Source: Eledone cirrhosa
Lineage: Eukaryota
NCBI GenBank assembly: GCA_964016885.1
Contig: OZ024741.1
Location: 259,036,001 to 259,100,000 of the forward strand
Length of the DNA stretch: 64,000 nt
Reading direction: 5' to 3'
The notes beneath the pieces were generated by a model. That model saw only the letters and a program-made list of their open reading frames with translations, searched no databases and was not told the origin of the DNA. Shown piece by piece: positions 12,681 through 28,277 of the stretch (position 1 is the stretch's first letter; each line of letters opens with the position of its first letter). A program made the position numbers and the translations under genes.

Positions 12681-15071
12681 CAGAACACTCGTAAGTCAGA
12701 ACACTCGTAAGTCAGAACACTCGTAAGTCAGAGCACTCGTATCGAAACACTCGTATGTCAAAACACCCGTAAGTCAAAACACTCGTAAGTCGAAACACTC
12801 GTAAGCCGAAACACCGTAAGCCAAAACACTCGTAAGTCGAAACACCCGTAAGTCGGAACACTCGTAAGTCGAAACACTCGTAAGTCGAAACACTCGTAAG
12901 CCGAAACACTCGTAAGCCGAAACACTCGTAAGTCGGAACACTCGTAAGTCGGAACACTCGTAAGTCAGAACACTCGTAAGTCAGAACACTCGTAAGTCAG
13001 AACACTCGTAAGTCAGAACACTCGTATCAAAACACTCGTATGTCAAAACACCCTTAAGTCAAAACACTCGTAAGTCGAAACACTCGTAAGTCGAAACACT
13101 CGTAAGCCGAAACACTCGTAAGTCGAAGCACTCGTATCGAAACACTCGTAAGTCGAAACACCCTTAAGTCAAAACACTCGTAAGCCAAAACACTCGTAAG
13201 TCGAAACACTCGTAAGTCGGAACACTCGTAAGTCAGAACACTCGTAAGTCAGAACACTCGTAAGTGGAAACACGCGTAAGTCGAAAGACCCGTAAGTCAA
13301 AAATCTCGTAAGTCAAAACACTCGTAAGCCGAAACACTCGTAAGTCGAAACACTCGTAAGTCGAAACACCCGTAAGTCGGAACACTCGTAAGTCAGAATA
13401 CTCGTAAGTCAAAACACTCGTAAACCGGAACACCCGTAAGGCAAAACATTCGCATGTCAAAACACTCGTAAGTCGAAACACTCGTAAGCCGAAACACTCG
13501 TAAGTCGAAACACTCGTAAGTCGAAACACTCGTAAGTCGAAACACTCGTAAGTCAGTGCACCCGTAAGTCAGAACACTCGTAGTCAGAATACTCGTAAGT
13601 CGAAACACTCGTATGTCGAAACACCCGTAAGTCGAAACATCCGTAAGTCAAAACACTCGTATGTCGAAACACTCGTAAGCCGAAACACTCATAAGTCGAA
13701 ACACTCGTAAGCCGAAACACCCGTAAGTCAAAACATTCGTAAATCAAAACACTCGTAAGTCGAGACACCCGTAAGTCAAAACACTCGTATGTCGAAACAC
13801 TCGTAAGCCGAAACAACGTAAGTAAAAACACTCGTAAGTCGAAACACCCATAAGTCGAAACACTCGTAAGCCGAAACACTCGTAAGTCGAAACACTCATA
13901 AGCCGAAACACTCGTAAGTCGGAACACTCGTAAATCAGAACACCCGCAAGTCAGAACACTCGTAAATCAGAACACTCTTAAGTCGAAACTCACGTACGCT
14001 GAAACACTCGTAAGTCGAAACACTCGTAAGTCGAAACATCCTTAAGTCGAAACACTCGTACACCGAAACACTCGTAAGTATAAACATTAGTAAGTCGAAA
14101 CACTCGTAAGCCGAAACACTCGTAAGTCGAAACACCCGTAAATCGAAACACCCGTAAGTCAAAACACTCGTATGTCGAAACACTCGTAAACCGAAACACT
14201 CGTAAGTCGGAACACTCGTAAGTCAGAACACTCGTAAGTCAGAACACTCGTAAGTCGAAACACTCATAAGTCGAAACACTCGTAAGTCGAAACACCCGTA
14301 AGTCGAAACCCCCGTAAGTCGAAACACTCGTATGTCGAATAACTCGTAAGCCGAAACACCGTAAGTCAAAACACTCGTAAGTCGAAACACTCGTAAGTCG
14401 AAACACTCGTAAGCCGAAACACCGTAAGCCAAAACACTCGTAAGTCGAAACACCCGTAAGTCGGAACACTCGTAAGTCGAAACACTCGTAAGTCGAAACA
14501 CTCGTAAGCCGAAACACTCGTAAGCCGAAACACTCGTAAGTCGGAACACTCGTAAGTCGGAACACTCGTAAGTCAGAACACTCGTAAGTCAGAACACTCG
14601 TAAGTCAGAACACTCGTAAGTCAGAATACTCGTAAGTCGAAACACTCGTATCGAAACACTCGTATGTCAAAACACCCGTAAGTCAAAACACTCGTAAGTC
14701 GAAACACTCGTAAGTCGAAACACTCGTATGTCGAAACATCCGTAAATCAGAACACTCGTAAGTCGAAACACTCGTAAGTCGAAACACTCGTAAGCCGAAA
14801 CACTCGTAAGTCGAAACACACGTATCGAAACACTCGTAAGTCGAAACACCCTTAAGTCAAAACACTCGTAAGCCAAAACACTCGTAAGTCGAAACACTCG
14901 TAAGTCGGAACACTCGTAAGTCAGAACACTCGTAAGTCAGAACACTCGTAAGTGGAAACACGCGTAAGTCGAAAGACCCGTAAGTCAAAATTCTCGTAAG
15001 TCAAAACACTCGTAAGCCGAAACACTCGTAAGTCGAAACACTCGTAAGTCGAAACATTCGTAAAGCGAAAC

Positions 15072-15140
15072 GTATAAATAAAGATTAATGTAATGAACTT
15101 GAAAAGCATAGATATTTGAAACCGCGTCTATTTGTTATTT
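15072..15140. repeat. 69-bp cassette, subtype A (no B partner)
   Basis: Matches 4652-4720; the downstream block switches to another variant pattern near 15400. Confidence 0.95.
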
Positions 15141-18100
15141 TCGTAAGTCGAAACACTCGTAAGTCAGAACACTCGTAAGTCAGAACACTCTTAAGTGAGA
15201 ACACTCGTATCGAAACACTCGTATGTCAAAACACCCGTAAGTCAAAACACTCGTAAGTCGAAACACTCGTAAGTCGAAACACTCGTAAGCCGAAACAATC
15301 GTAAGTCAAAACACTCGTAAGTCGAAACACTGGTAAGCCGAAAATACTCGTAAGTCGGAACACCCGTAAGCCGAAACCCTCGTAGGTCGGAACACTCGTA
15401 AGTCGGAACACTCGTAAGTCGGAACACTCGTAAGTCAGAACACTCGTAAGTCAGAACACTCGTAAGTCAGAACACTCGTAAGTCAGAACACTCGTAAGTC
15501 AGAACACTCGTATCAAAACACTCGTATGTCAAAACACCCTTAAGTCAAAACACTCGTAAGTCGAAACACTCGTAAGTCGAAACACTCGTATGTCGAAACA
15601 TCCGTAAATCAGAACACTCGTAAGTCGAAACACTCGTAAGTCGAAACACTCGTAAGCCGAAACACTCGTAAGTCGAAGCACTCGTATCGAAACACTCGTA
15701 AGTCGAAACACCCTTAAGTCAAAACACTCGTAAGCCAAAACACTCGTAAGTCGAAACACTCGTAAGTCGGAACACTCGTAAGTCAGAACACTCGTAAGTC
15801 AGAACACTCGTAAGTGGAAACACGCGTAAGTCGAAAGACCCGTAAGTCAAAAATCTCGTAAGTCAAAACACTCGTAAGCCGAAACACTCGTAAGTCGAAA
15901 CACTCGTAAGTCGAAACACCCGTAAGTCGGAACACTCGTAAGTCAGAATACTCGTAAGTCAAAACACTCGTAAACCGGAACACCCGTAAGGCAAAACATT
16001 CGCATGTCAAAACACTCGTAAGCCGAAACACTCGTAAGTCGAAACACTCGTAAGTCGAAACACTCGTAAGTCGAAACACTCGTAAGTCAGTGCACCCGTA
16101 AGTCAGAACACTCGTAGTCAGAATACTCGTAAGTCGAAACACTCGTATGTCGAAACACCCGTAAGTCGAAACATCCGTAAGTCAAAACACTCGTATGTCG
16201 AAACACTCGTAAGCCGAAACACTCATAAGTCGAAACACTCGTAAGCCGAAACACCCGTAAGTCAAAACATTCGTAAATCAAAACACTCGTAAGTCGAAAC
16301 ACCCGTAAGTCAAAACACTCGTATGTCGAAACACTCGTAAGCCGAAACAACGTAAGTAAAAACACTCGTAAGTCGAAACACCCATAAGTCGAAACACTCG
16401 TAAGCCGAAACACTCGTAAGTCGAAACACTCATAAGCCGAAACACTCGTAAGTCGGAACACTCGTAAATCAGAACACCCGCAAGTCAGAACACTCGTAAA
16501 TCAGAACACTCTTAAGTCGAAACTCACGTATGCTGAAACACTCGTAAGTCGAAACACTCGTAAGTCGAAACATCCTTAAGTCGAAACACTCGTACACCGA
16601 AACACTCGTAAGTATAAACATTAGTAAGTCGAAACACTCGTAAGCCGAAACACTCGTAAGTCGAAACACCCGTAAATCGAAACACCCGTAAGTCAAAACA
16701 CTCGTATGTCGAAACACTCGTAAACCGAAACACTCGTAAGTCGGAACACTCGTAAGTCAGAACACTCGTAAGTCAGAACACTCGTAAGTCGAAACACTCA
16801 TAAGTCGAAACACTCGTAAGTCGAAACACCCGTAAGTCGAAACCCCCGTAAGTCGAAACACTCGTATGTCGAATAACTCGTAAGCCGAAACACCGTAAGT
16901 CAAAACACTCGTAAGTCGAAACACTCGTAAGTCGAAACACTCGTAAGCCGAAACACCGTAAGCCAAAACACTCGTAAGTCGAAACACCCGTAAGTCGAAA
17001 CACTCGTAAGTCGAAACACTCGTAAGTCGAAACACTCGTAAGCCGAAACACTCGTAAGCCGAAACACTCGTAAGTCGGAACACTCATAAGTCAGAACACT
17101 CGTAAGTCAGAACACTCGTAAGTCGAAACACTCGTAAGCCGAAACACCGTAAGTCGAAACACCCGTATGTCGAAACACTCGTAAGCCGAAACACTCTTAA
17201 GTCGAAACACTCATAAGCCGAAACACTCGTAAGTCGGAACACTCGTAAATCAGAACACCCGCAAGTCAGAACACTCGTAAATCAGAACACTCTTAAGTCG
17301 AAACTTACGTACGCCGAAACAATCGTAAGTCGAAACACTCGTAAGTCGAAACATCCTTAAGTCGAAACACTCGTACACCGAAACACTCGTAAGTATAAAC
17401 ATTAGTAAGTCGAAACACTCGTATGTCGAAACACTCGTAAACCGAAACACTCGTAAGTCGGAACACTCGTAAGTCAGAACACTCGTAAGTCAGAACACTC
17501 GTAAGTCGAAACACTCATAAGTCGAAACACCCGTAAGTCGAAACACTCGTATGTCGAATAACTCGTAAGCCGAAACACCGTAAGTCAAAACACTCGTAAG
17601 TCGAAACACTCGTAAGTCGAAACACCCATAAGCCGAAACACTCGTAAGCCAAAACATTCGTAAGTCGAAACACTCGTAAACCGAAACACTCGTAAGCCAA
17701 AACATTCGTAAGTCGAAACACTCGTAAGTCGAAACACCCATAGCCGAAACACTTGTAAGTCTGAACACACGTAAGTCAGAACACCCGTAAGTCAGAACAC
17801 TCGTAAGTCAGAACACTCGTAAGTCAGAACACTCGTAAGTCAGAACACTCGTAAGTCAGAGCACTCGTATCGAAACACTCGTATGTCAAAACACCCGTAA
17901 GTCAAAACACTCGTAAGTCGAAACACTCGTAAGCCGAAACACCGTAAGCCAAAACACTCGTAAGTCGAAACACCCCTAAGTCGGAACACTCGTAAGTCGA
18001 AACACTCGTAAGTCGAAACACTCGTAAGCCGAAACACTCGTAAGCCGAAACACTCGTAAGTCGGAACACTCGTAAGTCGGAACACTCGTAAGTCAGAACA

Positions 18101-21100
18101 CTCGTAAGTCAGAACACTCGTAAGTCAGAACACTCGTAAGTCAGAACACTCGTAAGTCGAAACACTCGTATCGAAACACTCGTATGTCAAAACACCCGTA
18201 AGTCAAAACACTCGTAAGTCGAAACACTCGTAAGTCGAAACATTCGTAAGTCGAAACATCCGTAAATCAGAACACTCTTAAGTCGAAACACTCGTAAGTC
18301 GAAACACTCGTAAGCCGAAACACTCGTAAGTCGAAGCACTCGTATCGAAACACTCGTAAGTCGAAACACCCTTAAGTCAAAACACTCGTAAGCCCAAACA
18401 CTCGTAAGTCGAAACACTCGTAAGTCGGAACACTCGTAAGTCAGAACACTCGTAAGTCAGAACACTCGTAAGTGGAAACACGCGTAAGTCGAAACACTCA
18501 TAAGTCGAACCACTCGTAAGTCGAAACACCCGTAAGTCGAAACACCCGTAAGTCGAAACACTCGTATGTCGAATAACTCGTAAGCCGAAACACCGTAAGT
18601 CAAAACACTCGTAAGTCGAAACACTCGTAAGTCGAAACACCCATAAGCCGAAACACTCGTAAGCCAAAACATTCGTAAGTCGAAACACTCGTAAACCGAA
18701 ACACTCGTAAGCCAAAACATTCGTAAGTCGAAACACTCGTAAGTCGAAACACCCATAGCCGAAACACTCGTAAGTCTGAACACACGTAAGTCAGAACAGC
18801 CGTAAGTCAGAACACTCGTAAGTCAGAACACTCGTAAGTCAGAACACTCGTAAGTCAGAGCACTCGTATCGAAACACTCGTATGTCAAAACACCCGTAAG
18901 TCAAAACACTCGTAAGTCGAAACACTCGTAAGCCGAAACACCGTAAGCCAAAACACTCGTAAGTCGAAACACCCGTAAGTCGGAACACTCGTAAGTCGAA
19001 ACACTCGTAAGTCGAAACACTCGTAAGCCGAAACACTCGTAAGCCGAAACACTCGTAAGTCGGAACACTCGTAAGTCGGAACACTCGTAAGTCAGAACAC
19101 TCGTAAGTCAGAACACTCGTAAGTCAGAACACTCGTAAGTCAGAACACTCGTATCAAAACACTCGTATGTCAAAACACCCTTAAGTCAAAACACTCGTAA
19201 GTCGAAACACTCGTAAGTCGAAACACTCGTATGTCGAAACATCCGTAAATCAGAACACTCGTAAGTCGAAACACTCGTAAGTCGAAACACTCGTAAGCCG
19301 AAACACTCGTAAGTCGAAGCACTCGTATCGAAACACTCGTAAGTCGAAACACCCTTAAGTCAAAACACTCGTAAGCCAAAACACTCGTAAGTCGAAACAC
19401 TCGTAAGTCGGAACACTCGTAAGTCAGAACACTCGTAAGTCAGAACACTCGTAAGTGGAAACACGCGTAAGTCGAAAGACCCGTAAGTCAAAAATCTCGT
19501 AAGTCAAAACACTCGTAAGCCGAAACACTCGTAAGTCGAAACACTCGTAAGTCGAAACACCCGTAAGTCGGAACACTCGTAAGTCAGAATACTCGTAAGT
19601 CAAAACACTCGTAAACCGGAACACCCGTAAGGCAAAACATTCGCATGTCAAAACACTCGTAAGTCGAAACACTCGTAAGCCGAAACACTCGTAAGTCGAA
19701 ACACTCGTAAGTCGAAACACTCGTAAGTCGAAACACTCGTAAGTCAGTGCACCCGTAAGTCAGAACACTCGTAGTCAGAATACTCGTAAGTCGAAACACT
19801 CGTATGTCGAAACACCCGTAAGTCGAAACATCCGTAAGTCAAAACACTCGTATGTCGAAACACTCGTAAGCCGAAACACTCATAAGTCGAAACACTCGTA
19901 AGCCGAAACACCCGTAAGTCAAAACATTCGTAAATCAAAACACTCGTAAGTCGAAACACCCGTAAGTCAAAACACTCGTATGTCGAAACACTCGTAAGCC
20001 GAAACAACGTAAGTAAAAACACTCGTAAGTCGAAACACCCATAAGTCGAAACACTCGTAAGCCGAAACACTCGTAAGTCGAAACACTCATAAGCCGAAAC
20101 ACTCGTAAGTCGGAACACTCGTAAATCAGAACACCCGCAAGTCAGAACACTCGTAAATCAGAACACTCTTAAGTCGAAACTCACGTACGCTGAAACACTC
20201 GTAAGTCGAAACACTCGTAAGTCGAAACATCCTTAAGTCGAAACACTCGTACACCGAAACACTCGTAAGTATAAACATTAGTAAGTCGAAACACTCGTAA
20301 GCCGAAACACTCGTAAGTCGAAACACCCGTAAATCGAAACACCCGTAAGTCAAAACACTCGTATGTCGAAACACTCGTAAACCGAAACACTCGTAAGTCG
20401 GAACACTCGTAAGTCAGAACACTCGTAAGTCAGAACACTCGTAAGTCGAAACACTCATAAGTCGAAACACTCGTAAGTCGAAACACCCGTAAGTCGAAAC
20501 CCCCGTAAGTCGAAACACTCGTATGTCGAATAACTCGTAAGCCGAAACACCGTAAGTCAAAACACTCGTAAGTCGAAACACTCGTAAGTCGAAACACTCG
20601 TAAGCCGAAACACCGTAAGCCAAAACACTCGTAAGTCGAAACACCCGTAAGTCGGAACACTCGTAAGTCGAAACACTCGTAAGTCGAAACACTCGTAAGC
20701 CGAAACACTCGTAAGCCGAAACACTCGTAAGTCGGAACACTCGTAAGTCGGAACACTCGTAAGTCAGAACACTCGTAAGTCAGAACACTCGTAAGTCAGA
20801 ACACTCGTAAGTCAGAATACTCGTAAGTCGAAACACTCGTATCGAAACACTCGTATGTCAAAACACCCGTAAGTCAAAACACTCGTAAGTCGAAACACTC
20901 GTAAGTCGAAACACTCGTATGTCGAAACATCCGTAAATCAGAACACTCGTAAGTCGAAACACTCGTAAGTCGAAACACTCGTAAGCCGAAACACTCGTAA
21001 GTCGAAACACTCGTATCGAAACACTCGTAAGTCGAAACACCCTTAAGTCAAAACACTCGTAAGCCAAAACACTCGTAAGTCGAAACACTCGTAAGTCGGA

Positions 21101-21262
21101 ACACTCGTAAGTCAGAACACTCGTAAGTCAGAACACTCGTAAGTGGAAACACGCGTAAGTCGAAAGACCCGTAAGTCAAAATTCTCGTAAGTCAAAACAC
21201 TCGTAAGCCGAAACACTCGTAAGTCGAAACACTCGTAAGTCGAAACATTCGTAAAGCGAAAC

Positions 21263-21331
21263 GTATAAATAAAGATTAATGTAATGAACTTGAAAAGCAT
21301 AGATATTTGAAACCGCGTCTATTTGTTATTT
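21263..21331. repeat. 69-bp cassette, subtype A
   Basis: Matches 4652-4720. Confidence 0.95.
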
Positions 21332-22445
21332 TCGTAAGTCGAAACACTCGTAAGTCAGAACACTCGTAAGTCAGAACACTCTTAAGTGAGAACACTCGTA
21401 TCGAAACACTCGTATGTCAAAACACCCGTAAGTCAAAACACTCGTAAGTCGAAACACTCGTAAGTCGAAACACTCGTAAGCCGAAACAATCGTAAGTCAA
21501 AACACTCGTAAGTCGAAACACTGGTAAGCCGAAAATACTCGTAAGTCGGAACACCCGTAAGCCGAAACCCTCGTAGGTCGGAACACTCGTAAGTCGAAAC
21601 ACTCGTAAGTCGAAACACCCGTAAGTCGAAACACTCGTAAGTCGAAACACCCGTAAGTCGAAACATCCGTAAGTCAAAACACTCGTATGTCGAAACACTC
21701 GTAAGCCGAGACACTCGTAAGTCGGAACACTCGCAAGTCAGAACACTCGTAAGTCAGAACACTCGTAAGTCGAAACACTCGTAAGTCGAAACACCCGTAA
21801 GTCGAAACGCCCGTAAGTCAAAACACTCGTATGTCGAAACACTCGCAAGCCGAAAAACCGTAAGTCAAAACACTCGTAAGTCGAAACACTCGTAAGTCGA
21901 AACACTCGTAAGTCGAAACACTCGTAAGCCGAAACACTCGTAAGCGAAAACATTCGTAAGTCGAAACACTCGTAACCCGAAACACTCGTAAGTCGAAACA
22001 CTCGAAAGCCGAAACACTCGTAAGTCGAAACACTCATAAGCCGAAACACTCGTAAGTCGGAACACTCGTAAGTCAGAACACCCGTAAGTCAGAACACTCG
22101 TAGTCAGAACACTCGTAAGTCGAAACACTCGTAATCCGAAACACTCTTAAGTCGAAACACTCGTAAGTCGGAAGACTCGTAAGTCAGAACACTCGTAAGT
22201 CAGAACACTCGTAAGTCGAAACACTCGTAAGCCGAAACATCCGTAAGTCAAAACATCCGTAAGTCAAAACATTCGTAAGTCGAAACACCCGTAGTCGAAA
22301 CACTCGCATGTCGAAACACTCGTAAGTCGAAACACGCGTAAGTCGAAACACATGTAAGTCAAAACACTCGTAAGTCAAAACACTCGTAAGCCGAAACACT
22401 CGTAAGTCGAAACACTCGTAAGTTGAAACACTCGTAAAGCGAAAC

Positions 22446-22514
22446 GTATAAATAAAGATTAATGTAATGAATTTGAAAAGCATAGAGATTTGAAACCGCG
22501 TCTATTTGTTATTT
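22446..22514. repeat. 69-bp cassette, subtype B
   Basis: Matches 5835-5903; 1183 bp after A. Confidence 0.95.
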
Positions 22515-24735
22515 TCGTAAGTCGAAACACTCGTAAGCCGAAACACTCGTGAGCCGAAACACTCGTAAGTCGGAACACTCGTAAGTCAGAACACTCGTAA
22601 GTCAGAACACTCGTAAGTTAGAACACTCGTAAGTCAGAACACTCGTAAGTCAGAACACTCGTAAGTCAGATCACTCGTAAGTCGAAACACTCGTATCGAA
22701 ACACTCGTATGTCAAAACACCAGTAAGTCAAAACACTCGTAAGTCGAAACACTCGTAAGCCGAAACACCGTAAGTCAAAACACTCGTAAGTCGAAACACT
22801 CGTAAGTCAAAACACTCGTAAGTCGAAACACTCGTAAGTCGAAACACTCGTAAGTCGAAACACTCGTAAGCCGAAACACTCGTAAGCCGAAACACTCGTA
22901 AGTCGGAACACTCATAAGTCAGAACACTCGTAAGTCAGAACACTCGTAAGTCGAAACACTCGTAAGCCGAAACACCGTAAGTCGAAACACCCGTATGTCG
23001 AAACACTCGTAAGCCGAAACACTCTTAAGTCGAAACACTCATAAGCCGAAACACTCGTAAGTCGGAACACTCGTAAATCAGAACACCCGCAAGTCAGAAC
23101 ACTCGTAAATCAGAACACTCTTAAGTCGAAACTTACGTACGCCGAAACAATCGGAAGTCGAAACACTCGTAAGTCGAAACATCCTTAAGTCGAAACACTC
23201 GTACACCGAAACACTCGTAAGTATAAACATTAGTAAGTCGAAACACTCGTATGTCGAAACACTCGTAAACCGAAACACTCGTAAGTCGGAACACTCGTAA
23301 GTCAGAACACTCGTAAGTCAGAACACTCGTAAGTCGAAACACTCATAAGTCGAAACACCCGTAAGTCGAAACACTCGTATGTCGAATAACTCGTAAGCCG
23401 AAACACCGTAAGTCAAAACACTCGTAAGTCGAAACACTCGTAAGTCGAAACACCCATAAGCCGAAACACTCGTAAGCCAAAACATTCGTAAGTCGAAACA
23501 CTCGTAAACCGAAACACTCGTAAGCCAAAACATTCGTAAGTCGAAACACTCGTAAGTCGAAACACCCATAGCCGAAACACTTGTAAGTCTGAACACACGT
23601 AAGTCAGAACACCCGTAAGTCAGAACACTCGTAAGTCAGAACACTCGTAAGTCAGAACACTCGTAAGTCAGAACACTCGTAAGTCAGAGCACTCGTATCG
23701 AAACACTCGTATGTCAAAACACCCGTAAGTCAAAACACTCGTAAGTCGAAACACTCGTAAGCCGAAACACCGTAAGCCAAAACACTCGTAAGTCGAAACA
23801 CCCCTAAGTCGGAACACTCGTAAGTCGAAACACTCGTAAGTCGAAACACTCGTAAGCCGAAACACTCGTAAGCCGAAACACTCGTAAGTCGGAACACTCG
23901 TAAGTCGGAACACTCGTAAGTCAGAACACTCGTAAGTCAGAACACTCGTAAGTCAGAACACTCGTAAGTCGAAACACTCGTATCGAAACACTCGTATGTC
24001 AAAACACCCGTAAGTCAAAACACTCGTAAGTCGAAACACTCGTAAGTCGAAACATTCGTAAGTCGAAACATCCGTAAATCAGAACACTCTTAAGTCGAAA
24101 CACTCGTAAGTCGAAACACTCGTAAGCCGAAACACTCGTAAGTCGAAGCACTCGTATCGAAACACTCGTAAGTCGAAACACCCTTAAGTCAAAACACTCG
24201 TAAGCCAAAACACTCGTAAGTCGAAACACTCGTAAGTCGGAACACTCGTAAGTCAGAACACTCGTAAGTCAGAACACTCGTAAGTCAGAATACTCGTAAG
24301 TCGAAACACTCGTATCGAAACACTCGTATGTCAAAACACCCGTAAGTCAAAACACTCGTAAGTCGAAACACTCGTAAGTCGAAACACTCGTATGTCGAAA
24401 CATCCGTAAATCAGAACACTCGTAAGTCGAAACACTCGTAAGTCGAAACACTCGTAAGCCGAAACACTCGTAAGTCGAAACACTCGTATCGAAACACTCG
24501 TAAGTCGAAACACCCTTAAGTCAAAACACTCGTAAGCCAAAACACTCGTAAGTCGAAACACTCGTAAGTCGGAACACTCGTAAGTCAGAACACTCGTAAG
24601 TCAGAACACTCGTAAGTGGAAACACGCGTAAGTCGAAAGACCCGTAAGTCAAAATTCTCGTAAGTCAAAACACTCGTAAGCCGAAACACTCGTAAGTCGA
24701 AACACTCGTAAGTCGAAACATTCGTAAAGCGAAAC

Positions 24736-24804
24736 GTATAAATAAAGATTAATGTAATGAACTTGAAAAGCATAGATATTTGAAACCGCGTCTATTTGTT
24801 ATTT
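24736..24804. repeat. 69-bp cassette, subtype A
   Basis: Matches 4652-4720; 3473 bp after the previous A. Confidence 0.95.
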
Positions 24805-25918
24805 TCGTAAGTCGAAACACTCGTAAGTCAGAACACTCGTAAGTCAGAACACTCTTAAGTGAGAACACTCGTATCGAAACACTCGTATGTCAAAACACCC
24901 GTAAGTCAAAACACTCGTAAGTCGAAACACTCGTAAGTCGAAACACTCGTAAGCCGAAACAATCGTAAGTCAAAACACTCGTAAGTCGAATCACTGGTAA
25001 GCCGAAAATACTCGTAAGTCGGAACACCCGTAAGCCGAAACCCTCGTAGGTCGGAACACTCGTAAGTCGAAACACTCGTAAGTCGAAACACCCGTAAGTC
25101 GAAACACTCGTAAGTCGAAACACCCGTAAGTCGAAACATCCGTAAGTCAAAACACTCGTATGTCGAAACACTCGTAAGCCGAGACACTCGTAAGTCGGAA
25201 CACTCGCAAGTCAGAACACTCGTAAGTCAGAACACTCGTAAGTCGAAACACTCGTAAGTCGAAACACCCGTAAGTCGAAACGCCCGTAAGTCAAAACACT
25301 CGTATGTCGAAACACTCGCAAGCCGAAAAACCGTAAGTCAAAACACTCGTAAGTCGAAACACTCGTAAGTCGAAACACTCGTAAGTCGAAACACTCGTAA
25401 GCCGAAACACTCGTAAGCGAAAACATTCGTAAGTCGAAACACTCGTAACCCGAAACACTCGTAAGTCGAAACACTCGAAAGCCGAAACACTCGTAAGTCG
25501 AAACACTCATAAGCCGAAACACTCGTAAGTCGGAACACTCGTAAGTCAGAACACCCGTAAGTCAGAACACTCGTAGTCAGAACACTCGTAAGTCGAAACA
25601 CTCGTAATCCGAAACACTCTTAAATCGAAACACTCGTAAGTCGGAAGACTCGTAAGTCAGAACACTCGTAAGTCAGAACACTCGTAAGTCGAAACACTCG
25701 TAAGCCGAAACATCCGTAAGTCAAAACATCCGTAAGTCAAAACATTCGTAAGTCGAAACACCCGTAGTCGAAACACTCGCATGTCGAAACACTCGTAAGT
25801 CGAAACACGCGTAAGTCGAAACACATGTAAGTCAAAACACTCGTAAGTCAAAACACTCGTAAGCCGAAACACTCGTAAGTCGAAACACTCGTAAGTTGAA
25901 ACACTCGTAAAGCGAAAC

Positions 25919-25987
25919 GTATAAATAAAGATTAATGTAATGAATTTGAAAAGCATAGAGATTTGAAACCGCGTCTATTTGTTATTT
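25919..25987. repeat. 69-bp cassette, subtype B
   Basis: Matches 5835-5903; 1183 bp after A. Confidence 0.95.
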
Positions 25988-28208
25988 TCGTAAGTCGAAA
26001 CACTCGTAAGCCGAAACACTCGTGAGCCGAAACACTCGTAAGTCGGAACACTCGTAAGTCAGAACACTCGTAAGTCAGAACACTCGTAAGTTAGAACACT
26101 CGTAAGTCAGAACACTCGTAAGTCAGAACACTCGTAAGTCAGATCACTCGTAAGTCGAAACACTCGTATCGAAACACTCGTATGTCAAAACACCAGTAAG
26201 TCAAAACACTCGTAAGTCGAAACACTCGTAAGCCGAAACACCGTAAGTCAAAACACTCGTAAGTCGAAACACTCGTAAGTCAAAACACTCGTAAGTCGAA
26301 ACACTCGTAAGTCGAAACACTCGTAAGTCGAAACACTCGTAAGCCGAAACACTCGTAAGCCGAAACACTCGTAAGTCGGAACACTCATAAGTCAGAACAC
26401 TCGTAAGTCAGAACACTCGTAAGTCGAAACACTCGTAAGCCGAAACACCGTAAGTCGAAACACCCGTATGTCGAAACACTCGTAAGCCGAAACACTCTTA
26501 AGTCGAAACACTCATAAGCCGAAACACTCGTAAGTCGGAACACTCGTAAATCAGAACACCCGCAAGTCAGAACACTCGTAAATCAGAACACTCTTAAGTC
26601 GAAACTTACGTACGCCGAAACAATCGGAAGTCGAAACACTCGTAAGTCGAAACATCCTTAAGTCGAAACACTCGTACACCGAAACACTCGTAAGTATAAA
26701 CATTAGTAAGTCGAAACACTCGTATGTCGAAACACTCGTAAACCGAAACACTCGTAAGTCGGAACACTCGTAAGTCAGAACACTCGTAAGTCAGAACACT
26801 CGTAAGTCGAAACACTCATAAGTCGAAACACCCGTAAGTCGAAACACTCGTATGTCGAATAACTCGTAAGCCGAAACACCGTAAGTCAAAACACTCGTAA
26901 GTCGAAACACTCGTAAGTCGAAACACCCATAAGCCGAAACACTCGTAAGCCAAAACATTCGTAAGTCGAAACACTCGTAAACCGAAACACTCGTAAGCCA
27001 AAACATTCGTAAGTCGAAACACTCGTAAGTCGAAACACCCATAGCCGAAACACTTGTAAGTCTGAACACACGTAAGTCAGAACACCCGTAAGTCAGAACA
27101 CTCGTAAGTCAGAACACTCGTAAGTCAGAACACTCGTAAGTCAGAACACTCGTAAGTCAGAGCACTCGTATCGAAACACTCGTATGTCAAAACACCCGTA
27201 AGTCAAAACACTCGTAAGTCGAAACACTCGTAAGCCGAAACACCGTAAGCCAAAACACTCGTAAGTCGAAACACCCCTAAGTCGGAACACTCGTAAGTCG
27301 AAACACTCGTAAGTCGAAACACTCGTAAGCCGAAACACTCGTAAGCCGAAACACTCGTAAGTCGGAACACTCGTAAGTCGGAACACTCGTAAGTCAGAAC
27401 ACTCGTAAGTCAGAACACTCGTAAGTCAGAACACTCGTAAGTCGAAACACTCGTATCGAAACACTCGTATGTCAAAACACCCGTAAGTCAAAACACTCGT
27501 AAGTCGAAACACTCGTAAGTCGAAACATTCGTAAGTCGAAACATCCGTAAATCAGAACACTCTTAAGTCGAAACACTCGTAAGTCGAAACACTCGTAAGC
27601 CGAAACACTCGTAAGTCGAAGCACTCGTATCGAAACACTCGTAAGTCGAAACACCCTTAAGTCAAAACACTCGTAAGCCAAAACACTCGTAAGTCGAAAC
27701 ACTCGTAAGTCGGAACACTCGTAAGTCAGAACACTCGTAAGTCAGAACACTCGTAAGTCAGAATACTCGTAAGTCGAAACACTCGTATCGAAACACTCGT
27801 ATGTCAAAACACCCGTAAGTCAAAACACTCGTAAGTCGAAACACTCGTAAGTCGAAACACTCGTATGTCGAAACATCCGTAAATCAGAACACTCGTAAGT
27901 CGAAACACTCGTAAGTCGAAACACTCGTAAGCCGAAACACTCGTAAGTCGAAACACTCGTATCGAAACACTCGTAAGTCGAAACACCCTTAAGTCAAAAC
28001 ACTCGTAAGCCAAAACACTCGTAAGTCGAAACACTCGTAAGTCGGAACACTCGTAAGTCAGAACACTCGTAAGTCAGAACACTCGTAAGTGGAAACACGC
28101 GTAAGTCGAAAGACCCGTAAGTCAAAATTCTCGTAAGTCAAAACACTCGTAAGCCGAAACACTCGTAAGTCGAAACACTCGTAAGTCGAAACATTCGTAA
28201 AGCGAAAC

Positions 28209-28277
28209 GTATAAATAAAGATTAATGTAATGAACTTGAAAAGCATAGATATTTGAAACCGCGTCTATTTGTTATTT
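28209..28277. repeat. 69-bp cassette, subtype A
   Basis: Matches 4652-4720; 3473 bp after the previous A. Confidence 0.95.
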